Assembly (NCBI GenBank): GCA_035247965.1
Contig: DATFHW010000025.1
Span: 510,551 to 574,550 of the forward strand
Direction of reading: 5' to 3'
From: Candidatus Saccharimonadales bacterium
Lineage (GTDB): Bacteria > Patescibacteriota > Saccharimonadia > Saccharimonadales > UBA4665
Length of the DNA stretch: 64,000 nt
The notes beneath the pieces were generated by a model that saw only the letters and a program-made list of their open reading frames with translations, searched no databases and was not told where the DNA came from. How positions within the stretch are numbered: position 1 is the stretch's first letter; each line of letters opens with the position of its first letter. This document shows, in pieces, positions 56,667 to 64,000 of the stretch. A program made the translations under genes and the position numbers.

Positions 56667-57334
56667 CGTGCAATTTTCCCATCCTGAATGCGCACAATGC
56701 GATCAGCTTGCTTGGCTATAGACATATCGTGCGTAATGACAATAAGAGTAATACCTTGTTTATTAAGATTACGGAGCAGCTTCATAATTTCATCACCACG
56801 AGCGGTATCCAAGTTCCCCGTTGGTTCATCGGCCAGAATAATACTGGGCTTGACCGCCAAGGCCCGTGCAATTGCCACGCGCTGACGTTGACCGCCAGAC
56901 AGTTGGCTTGGCCTGTGTTTAAGCCGATCGCCTAGGCCTACTGCCTCTAAACATTCTTTGGCCCGTACTTTACGGTCTTTTGGTTTCATACGCGCAAAAA
57001 CCAGCGGCAACATAACGTTTTCTAATGCTGTCTGAGTACCTTGCAAATTAAATGACTGGAACACAAAACCAATGTGTCGATTGCGATAGTCAGATAGTTG
57101 TTTGTCATGGACATGCGAAAGGTCGTTACCGTCCACTATTACTGTGCCTGAGCTTGGCTGGTCTAACCCACCAACGATATTTGCAAAGGTGGACTTGCCC
57201 GACCCCGATGGTCCGGTAATAGCCACAAATTCCCCAGCCTGCACGGTCAGCGATACATCATCTAATGCATGAAGGATTTCGTCACCCAATTTGTATGTTT
57301 TGGTCAGATTTTTTAGTTCAATAACGGCTGGCAT
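56663..57334 (-). CDS. ABC transporter ATP-binding protein (MacB/LolD-like)
   Basis: Walker A motif GPSGSGKST, LSGGQRQR, and Walker B motif ILADEPTGNLD. Confidence 0.92.
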   Translation of the reverse strand: MPAVIELKNLTKTYKLGDEILHALDDVSLTVQAGEFVAITGPSGSGKSTFANIVGGLDQPSSGTVIVDGNDLSHVHDKQLSDYRNRHIGFVFQSFNLQGTQTALENVMLPLVFARMKPKDRKVRAKECLEAVGLGDRLKHRPSQLSGGQRQRVAIARALAVKPSIILADEPTGNLDTARGDEIMKLLRNLNKQGITLIVITHDMSIAKQADRIVRIQDGKIAR

Positions 57335-57400
57335 GGCGCCTACTTTATCAATGTAATGTCTTAAGCATAAGCGGAATTGCAGCGTTATTCAAGCTAAATA

Positions 57401-58063
57401 TCAAGCATTCTGCGCAGCCGCTAATTTATATGCATACTGCTCCACGGCGTACGGTATGGCCATAATCCAGATGCCGCATAGCGTTATGTAGTAATGCTGG
57501 GACCAGTTGCCGTTGCCGGCCGGAAATACTGCTTCTATCAGGGATACGACACCAAAAAGTATGTACCCCAATAATAAGCCATTGAGTAACACGCTACGTC
57601 GTTGGTGCGCCCACATAATGCAAAGGCTTACGAATAAAAATATCGAGGCCAGTATGCTGAAAAAACCGTGTACCAGAAGAATGTGACTATGCGTAAAGCT
57701 TGGGCATTGTTCAAAACCTGGGATACATTGTTCGGGCAATAACGCATCAGCGATTGTTCCGATCCCAAATAGAGCAGCCGATACGAGCGTAATATGCATT
57801 GCCTGAAGCGGCGAACGCCCTTTAAGCGCCCGCCAGAACGACCAACTAAGAGCGATAACGAGCAGACCGCTCGCAACGTCAGCTCCTATAAATAACCAGT
57901 TGTATGGTTGTCCAACCGCCTCCAGGCCACTTGCCAGACTATTCTTTGATACTGCAGGATTGAGCCAATATCCAAGCGGCCATGAAATATACAGCAGCCC
58001 AGCAACAATGCCCAGCCACCAGAGTGTGCGCCTTTTGCTTTCCATTATGGCAATTTTATTCAT
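57401..58063 (-). CDS. polytopic membrane protein (about 6 TM)
   Basis: 220-aa hydrophobic ORF. Confidence 0.6.
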   Translation of the reverse strand: MNKIAIMESKRRTLWWLGIVAGLLYISWPLGYWLNPAVSKNSLASGLEAVGQPYNWLFIGADVASGLLVIALSWSFWRALKGRSPLQAMHITLVSAALFGIGTIADALLPEQCIPGFEQCPSFTHSHILLVHGFFSILASIFLFVSLCIMWAHQRRSVLLNGLLLGYILFGVVSLIEAVFPAGNGNWSQHYYITLCGIWIMAIPYAVEQYAYKLAAAQNA

Positions 58064-58108
58064 ATCACCAGTGTATCAGAGGATTGACTTTGTGAAAGTT
58101 GGGATAAA

Positions 58109-58717
58109 TTAATTTGGTGCGACTTTGTCCAACCCCGATTGATTGCGCGCGCGTAGCAGAACAATAGCCACAACTGCCGCATTTGCCAAGCCGGCAGTCA
58201 GCGGATATGCAATTGTTAAAAATGAGTAGGTTTGCAGGGCAAAGATTGCTGGCAAAAACTTTATCGCATTCAGCGCAAACGACAAAGCAGCCTCTTCGTG
58301 TGGCAATCGCCAAGCCTTCCGCCATGTCATGCTAAAACCAAGCAGCGTGGCAAATAATGTTACACATAACGACAAAGTTTTATCTTCAATAACAAACAGC
58401 AGGCTAAAACTTATAAGCGCCAAGATAAATAATAACCAATCCAGGCGCAACACTTTTGTGTCTCCACGAAACATAGCTATCCCAAAAATGGTCAAACAAG
58501 CAACTGAAGTTACGCCAGTTGCCCAAGCGCCAATGCCAGCATGAGCGCTGACTTGCGCTATGAAACCATTGCCTGCAAGCAGCCCCCATATTAACCATGA
58601 GAAAGCGTGCGGTTTGATTTTGCCGGCAAGCAAACCTTTAAAGTACAGCGTGTATGCGATGGCGGCTGGAATGAGCGAAAGGATACCAAATGCTACTTTT
58701 ACTGCTGAAGAATCCAT
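58109..58717 (-). CDS. polytopic membrane protein (about 6 TM)
   Basis: 202-aa hydrophobic ORF. Its start overlaps the stop of the HAD gene. Confidence 0.6.
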   Translation of the reverse strand: MDSSAVKVAFGILSLIPAAIAYTLYFKGLLAGKIKPHAFSWLIWGLLAGNGFIAQVSAHAGIGAWATGVTSVACLTIFGIAMFRGDTKVLRLDWLLFILALISFSLLFVIEDKTLSLCVTLFATLLGFSMTWRKAWRLPHEEAALSFALNAIKFLPAIFALQTYSFLTIAYPLTAGLANAAVVAIVLLRARNQSGLDKVAPN

Positions 58718-59472
58718 TATCGTAAGTATTCTTGATGGTTGTCGTCAAAGATTGGTCGAGCTTGCTGAAGCACATAACCATCTTTGCTCGGTGCCAACTC
58801 ATAAATCATGTTCTTACGTTCGAGCACAATTTGCCAGCTACGTTTGACGGCTTCTTCGTACAATGCAGCGTTGGGATTGAAGGCTACAGCATGCTCGGTC
58901 ACTTGCAACATTGAAAGGTCCCGATGTGTGTCACCAACACCGATGCTATCTTCTAATGACAAGCCATGTTCGGCAACTAGGTCACGCAGAATCTGGTCTT
59001 TGCCGTGCTTTGTCTCGGTCGCCCGTTCGCCAGTAAACTTACCATCTACAATTTCGAGTCCAGAAGCTACGACATAGTCAAAGCCCAACGACTTCGCAAA
59101 AGGCTCAATTATATTGGCAATCGAGCCTGAAATCGCGATAAGCGTCCGGCCCTCTTTTTTAAATTTCTGTACTAGCTGCGTTGTATACGCATAGCAATAG
59201 GACTGCTTTTGGTCCAGCAAGTCATTAATAACTTCCGCAAGTTGATCTGGAGTCGTGTGTTTTAGAATGCTCTTAAATACGCTAAGAATGGTTTTATTGT
59301 ACGCCCAGTAGGCCTCTGTGGAGCCACGTGACTTATAAATATGGCGAGCCTCGGCAAGCAGCTTTGATTCTTCTGGAAAATCGTAGCGGGCGATCAGTTC
59401 TTCGGCAACAATGAAAGACATGGCTTCACGGTAAATAGTTCCGTCAATGTCGAATACGGCAATTTTATTCAT
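58717..59472 (-). CDS. HAD-superfamily hydrolase (subfamily IB-like)
   Basis: Motif I is FDIDGT. Later GD..D motif. Confidence 0.8.
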   Translation of the reverse strand: MNKIAVFDIDGTIYREAMSFIVAEELIARYDFPEESKLLAEARHIYKSRGSTEAYWAYNKTILSVFKSILKHTTPDQLAEVINDLLDQKQSYCYAYTTQLVQKFKKEGRTLIAISGSIANIIEPFAKSLGFDYVVASGLEIVDGKFTGERATETKHGKDQILRDLVAEHGLSLEDSIGVGDTHRDLSMLQVTEHAVAFNPNAALYEEAVKRSWQIVLERKNMIYELAPSKDGYVLQQARPIFDDNHQEYLR

Positions 59473-59539
59473 ACCATCAGTGTATCAGAGTAATCCCTTG
59501 TACTAAATTTTGGCGATAACATCGTTAGGGTGCACGATT

Positions 59540-60184
59540 TTATTCCAACCCACCTTTTACAACCAGTTGGTGTAAATCGGCAAAACTATCTACGAGGTAG
59601 TCTGGTGTTGATTCTGCCAGCAATTGCCTTGAACCAAATCCGTGTGTAATGGCAACGAGGGCTTTTAAGCCAGCCGCACGTCCAGCTTCAATATCGGCCG
59701 GCAGGTCACCCACGATTATCGCCTCTTTTGGCGAGACCCCCAATGAATGTAACGCAAAAAGCACTGGCTCTGGATCTGGCTTGTGCTTGGCGGTAGTATT
59801 GCCGCCAACAATTACATCAAAAAGGTCGCCGAGTCCGTAAGATTTGACAAAATCTTCGGCTGCGCGAGCTGAACTTACTATGCCAAGCCTATAACCTTGC
59901 TCGTGCAATTGTTTTAATATCGTCTGAGCATTTTCATAAGGCTCAATTTTGTTACATTCGGTTTTATATATTTCCCGAAAATAATCTAGCATTTCTTGCC
60001 GCTTATTTTCTGGCGCCAGTTGCGCGAATAAGCGCGCTGATCCTGCATGAACTTCAGATATCACAGCCTCCCTGGACGGAGTGGGCAAACCAAATTGCTG
60101 AAATGTTTTATCCATACAAAAAAATACAACGTCACGCGAGTCATGAATCGTTCCATCGAGGTCGAATAGGATAGCCTTTATCAT
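59540..60184 (-). CDS. HAD-superfamily phosphatase (phosphoglycolate-phosphatase-like)
   Basis: Motif I is FDLDGT. VGD..DI motif. Confidence 0.8.
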   Translation of the reverse strand: MIKAILFDLDGTIHDSRDVVFFCMDKTFQQFGLPTPSREAVISEVHAGSARLFAQLAPENKRQEMLDYFREIYKTECNKIEPYENAQTILKQLHEQGYRLGIVSSARAAEDFVKSYGLGDLFDVIVGGNTTAKHKPDPEPVLFALHSLGVSPKEAIIVGDLPADIEAGRAAGLKALVAITHGFGSRQLLAESTPDYLVDSFADLHQLVVKGGLE

Positions 60185-60227
60185 GTCGTCAGTATACCAG
60201 GTTGGACCTTATGCGACTTTATTCCAA

Positions 60228-60902
60228 CTATTTAGCGGTAGGAGACTGCTTGACTCCTACCTCCGGCAGTAGAAGTATTCCGTCCATACTTACGATAAAT
60301 TCGACCATCTTTGCAACGTCGTCCGGATTGAGAGCGTGCGAAACATCTTTAGGAACTCCAGACTTTGCGAACATTTCAGTATTAAGCGTTGCAGGATACA
60401 AGCCAGTGACACCAATGCCAAACGGCTCCAGTTCTTGCTGCATAGCCTTGGTAAAGCCAGTGATTGCCCACTTGCTAGCGGTGTAAATTGGCCAGCCCTC
60501 ACGGGTGTTTAGGCCACCCTGTGAAATAACGTTAATAATAAGGCCGCTTTTTTGTTGTTTCATCCGTGGTAGCACGGCTTTCGTGAGACTAATTGTACCG
60601 TTAACATTTGTATCTATGGTCTCTTGGATACGCTTGTCGTCTGTCTTATCAAGTGGTCCCTGCAACCAGACGCCTGCGTTATTGATAAGACAATCAATGG
60701 CGCCGAGCTCATCGCACATTTTCTGCATAGCTGCATAGTCACGCACGTCTCCCACAACGTAGCGACAGCCCAATTCCTCAGCAGCTGCTTTTAATTTAGA
60801 TTCATCACGAGCCAGAATGATCACGTTATTGTTTCGTACTAAATTTTGGGCGATTGCTTTGCCCAAGCCTTCACTTCCACCAGATATAAGTATAGTTTTC
60901 AT
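60228..60902 (-). CDS. short-chain dehydrogenase/reductase
   Basis: ISGGSEGLGKAIA cofactor motif, NNAG, and a YTASK catalytic motif. Confidence 0.88.
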   Translation of the reverse strand: MKTILISGGSEGLGKAIAQNLVRNNNVIILARDESKLKAAAEELGCRYVVGDVRDYAAMQKMCDELGAIDCLINNAGVWLQGPLDKTDDKRIQETIDTNVNGTISLTKAVLPRMKQQKSGLIINVISQGGLNTREGWPIYTASKWAITGFTKAMQQELEPFGIGVTGLYPATLNTEMFAKSGVPKDVSHALNPDDVAKMVEFIVSMDGILLLPEVGVKQSPTAK

Positions 60903-61320
60903 CTTTCCATCATATCAGTTAGGGTTGAAAGTGTCATATTGGTGCGGGTCAGGTCCTCTAGCGCCCTCTAGCCGAGAGGGCGCTACCGTGGCCTATTCTC
61001 TATCTATTAGATGATGCCAGGCCCAAAGCCGCACTAGCTCAGACCAAACAAAAAACGCCACTTTCGTGACGTCCTTTGTTTGGTGCACCGTTCTAGCCGA
61101 AGTTAGAACCGCATTGCTCACTTATTCTATCGCTTAAAACAGATTGCATCAACAAATTAAACAGAGGTAACTACGCTCCGGCGCGGTGATGCACGCACAC
61201 CCACCGTTGTCGCCTACATTGTTCATAGGGGCGGGGGTAGGTAGTGTACCTCTTACCCTACACGTGTATAGGTCGCGGGTCAGAATTTTTTTAGATTTTT
61301 GGAAAATAGGTTAGAACCGG

Positions 61321-61923
61321 TTACTTATCGGGCAAGTCTTTTAGCTTATGACCATTAAATTGCCAGTAGTTTGCACCCTGATAAGCACCGCTGCTGTTTA
61401 ACTGGCCCTTGTCCTCAAAAATCTTGTAGGTTAGTGGCGATAGCTTCCACGTTTGTCCGCCGTACTCAACTTCGCGCTCGCCGGTTACCGTGGCAATAAT
61501 CGTCTTGTCAGCTATAAAGCTGATTTCATCTCCGTCTTGCAAGCCTTTGCGGTAAAAGCTGAACAGTGCGCCTTGCTTGCGGGCGGTGGCTACTTCGTCA
61601 AACTCTTTTTCTTTGTTGATTTTCTCTGGATAGATGACCTTGCCGTCAAATGATAGCAACAGTTGGCGTACTAGGTCTTGGTCTAGGGCAAACAGCTCGC
61701 TAGTGCCAACTTGGTGCTTGCTAAAGATTTCGTGTAACAGGCTTTCTTTATCGTCGTAGTCGTCTAGCTCAATCGCAAAGTAGCGGCGCAGCCCCGCCAC
61801 ATTGTAGTAGCCGTTAGCCTCCAAGAAGCGCATCCGCTCGACATAGTTGTTGGTGCCGGTTTTGCCAATCTTTACCAGGCCGGATACGGCTGTGGACATT
61901 AAGTAGATTATTCCTTTTGCCAT
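61321..61923 (-). CDS. GIY-YIG / T5orf172-like nuclease-domain protein
   Basis: N-terminal IIYLMS...VKIGKT pattern. Located directly downstream of hsdR. Confidence 0.6.
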   Translation of the reverse strand: MAKGIIYLMSTAVSGLVKIGKTGTNNYVERMRFLEANGYYNVAGLRRYFAIELDDYDDKESLLHEIFSKHQVGTSELFALDQDLVRQLLLSFDGKVIYPEKINKEKEFDEVATARKQGALFSFYRKGLQDGDEISFIADKTIIATVTGEREVEYGGQTWKLSPLTYKIFEDKGQLNSSGAYQGANYWQFNGHKLKDLPDK

Positions 61924-61928
61924 AGCCG

Positions 61929-63998
61929 CTATTCCTCCAACTTGCCACTTGATATGTCAAAGAACTTGTTGAAGAAGTTGGTTAGCTTGTCCAGCACGGT
62001 TTCGCGCTTTTTGCCGCGCGAGTTGTCTGCTGAAAAACGTGATACGGGCGGCAGGATTTTGGCTATGGCCGTGCCGGTTGATTGTAACGAGCCGTCGCGG
62101 AAAGCATTGTCTATAAAACGGTAGGTTTCGTCGTGGTCAAGCCCCTCGTCGGCGATAATCGCATTAAGCTCTTCTACCTTTTTGGCGTCAACAAATTTGC
62201 GCCAATCATCGTCCACCGATGAGTTGACATTGAGCGAGATAATAAACTGCTCTATCAGGTCTTTCTTGTTGCGCAGCTCAACACTACTATCAATCGCCTT
62301 GTTGATGTCCACCAGCAGTTCTTTGTCCTCTTGGTTGCCTGCGTGGTATTTGCGTATCAGCTCTAGGATGTAGTCAATGTTTATCTCTACCTGCTTAATC
62401 AGCTCCATCTCAAAAACAACATCATCGTTGACGTTTTCTTTGTCGGCATCAGTGCCCTTACGGAACTCGTTGTACAAGTTGATGTACATACTGTGGTAGT
62501 CCTGAATGTCGCGGGCGGACAGGATTTCGTTGCCCACAAAATCATCAAATGTAGTCAGGATGTTGCGCACGCGCAGGATACCGCCGTACAACTTGATGAA
62601 CTCTTTTTGGGCCTGCTCGCCGATTATTTGTTGCCCTACAGGGAACCGCTCCGTTAATTCAGCTACCAGCTCGGCGTAGCCGCGCTGGTGTTTGCCATTA
62701 TCGTCGTAGCCATTGTAATACTCGTTGTAACTCTTAAGCAGCACAATGCCACCGGCTTCCTTGTCGCCGAACAGCGCCAGTGCCTCATTAGTGGCTTTTT
62801 CGAGGTTGCGGAAACTCACGATGTTACCGAATGTCTTAACGGAGTTAAGGATGCGATTAGTACGAGAGTAGGCTTGCAGCAAGCCGTGTGAGCGCAGGCG
62901 CTTGTCTACCCATAATGTATTGAGCGTGGTGGCGTCAAAGCCAGTCAGAAACATATTGACCACTATCAGCAGGTCAATTTCTCGGTTTTTCATCCTTAGC
63001 GATACATCTTTGTAATAGTTTTGGAAGTTATCCGCTGATGTATCGTAGCTGGTAGCAAACATCTGATTGTAGTCGCGGATTGCGCCGTCTAGGAAATCAC
63101 GTGAGCCGCTGTCCAGTCCCTCTGTACCCTCGCTGTTTTCGTCTTCTAGCCCGTCCAGCAGGGCTTCGTCTTCGTTGACGCCGTAGCTATAAATAATTGC
63201 TACCTTGAGCCGCGTTGCTTCGGGCGCTTCGGCTTGCTGGCGCTTGAACTCGGCATAATACTTTTTAGCGGCTTCTATGGAACTGACAGCAAAGATACTA
63301 TTAAAGCCGCTAAGCCGAATGCGCTGCTTGATTTCCTCTATGGCGTGGCGGTCGCGGGCAGTGGCAACCTCGTGGATGTTTCGCAGTGCACCAAACGCAT
63401 AACTGCTGTTGCGTTTGGTCTTTTGGTCAAAGTGCTCACGGATGTACTGCACCACTTTGCTAATGCGCTCTGGCGCTCCCAGTATGGCTTCGGTGTCTAT
63501 GCTGCGTACCTGCGCGTCGTCTATGTCTTCGGCTTCCCGCACGGTGCTTATGTAGTCTATACGGAACGGCAGGACGTTTTTATCGGTAATGGCGTCAACG
63601 ATGGTGTAAGTATGCAGCTTTTCACCAAAGGCTTGCTCGGTGGTTTTGAGGTCAGCACGCCCGCTACTAGAGATGTTGGCGGAGAATATCGGCGTGCCAG
63701 TAAAACCAAAGATGTGATAATTCTTGAAGCTCTTGGTAATAGAGTGGTGCATATCGCCAAACTGTGAGCGGTGGCACTCGTCAAAAATCAAAACTATGTG
63801 CCCGTCAAAGATGCGGTGCCCCTCGTTTTTCTTAATGAACTTGTCTAGCTTCTGAATGGTAGTAATGATAATACGAGCGTTCGGATTTTCTAGTTGCTTC
63901 TTAAGCTTGGCGGTGCTGGTATTGCTGTTAGCTGCGCCTTTCTCAAACTTGTCGTATTCTTTCATTGTCTGGTAGTCCAAGTCTTTGCGGTCTACCAC
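61929..63998 (-). CDS. hsdR: type I restriction enzyme R subunit (N-terminus beyond the window)
   Basis: Helicase motif II is FDECHRS. It also has GFTGTPIF, QAYSRTNR, and a long C-terminal helical domain. The ORF is open to the window edge. Confidence 0.88.
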   Translation of the reverse strand: MVDRKDLDYQTMKEYDKFEKGAANSNTSTAKLKKQLENPNARIIITTIQKLDKFIKKNEGHRIFDGHIVLIFDECHRSQFGDMHHSITKSFKNYHIFGFTGTPIFSANISSSGRADLKTTEQAFGEKLHTYTIVDAITDKNVLPFRIDYISTVREAEDIDDAQVRSIDTEAILGAPERISKVVQYIREHFDQKTKRNSSYAFGALRNIHEVATARDRHAIEEIKQRIRLSGFNSIFAVSSIEAAKKYYAEFKRQQAEAPEATRLKVAIIYSYGVNEDEALLDGLEDENSEGTEGLDSGSRDFLDGAIRDYNQMFATSYDTSADNFQNYYKDVSLRMKNREIDLLIVVNMFLTGFDATTLNTLWVDKRLRSHGLLQAYSRTNRILNSVKTFGNIVSFRNLEKATNEALALFGDKEAGGIVLLKSYNEYYNGYDDNGKHQRGYAELVAELTERFPVGQQIIGEQAQKEFIKLYGGILRVRNILTTFDDFVGNEILSARDIQDYHSMYINLYNEFRKGTDADKENVNDDVVFEMELIKQVEINIDYILELIRKYHAGNQEDKELLVDINKAIDSSVELRNKKDLIEQFIISLNVNSSVDDDWRKFVDAKKVEELNAIIADEGLDHDETYRFIDNAFRDGSLQSTGTAIAKILPPVSRFSADNSRGKKRETVLDKLTNFFNKFFDISSGKLEE

Positions 63999-64000
63999 GA

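Noticed and set aside
60946-60960. GGGTCAGGTCC resembling the SRP RNA domain IV motif
   Set aside because: The downstream sequence lacks the conserved GGAAGGAAGCAGC continuation and the symmetric loop partner. It is probably coincidental.

Overview
This window has a moderate-GC backbone that is almost entirely minus-strand. It carries housekeeping genes: dedA, uvrA, sbcB, obg, a LysM-CHAP hydrolase, mltG, ruvX, ftsA, alaS, mnmA, atpFHAGDC, a cysteine desulfurase, tatD, metG, tRNA-Leu(UAA), tRNA-Cys(GCA), an FtsX/ABC pair, HAD and SDR enzymes, and a partial type I hsdR. The gene content and several truncated architectures (short AlaRS, an atp operon with no a or c subunit here) resemble a reduced CPR/Patescibacteria (Saccharibacteria-like) genome; that assignment is inference only. 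The striking feature is four strongly G+C-rich blocks wedged into backbone intergenic regions, at about 16.1-18.4 kb, 20.4-27.6 kb, 45.8-48.7 kb and 51.4-52.6 kb. I saw no integrase, transposase or phage structural gene in any block. Together they encode about 45 mostly tiny predicted membrane proteins (19-209 aa). About 18 of these are shorter than 60 aa and so are missing from the supplied ORF track. The small genes sit in tandem paralogous arrays, each with a strong Shine-Dalgarno site and often with coupled stop/start codons. They are driven by AT-rich TTGnnn-N17-TAnnnT promoters and are punctuated by GC-rich hairpins or canonical terminators. The 45.8-48.7 kb block looks like a cassette array: repeated linkers (terminator, promoter, hairpin) separate ORF pairs that are bounded by a 14-nt inverted repeat containing the SD and its complement. 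Other notable signals are listed below.
- A ~190-bp structured repeat occurs in inverted copies on both sides of the atp/nifS segment, and one arm of it is inserted in-frame inside mnmA.
- A membrane protein next to atpF ends in an ATP-synthase c-subunit-like hairpin that lacks the carboxylate.
- Two tandem paralogs fuse an NDT-like Rossmann domain to a ribbon-helix-helix tail.
- A five-gene secreted surface-protein cluster is present.
All functional calls rest on motif recognition by eye; no database search was run.
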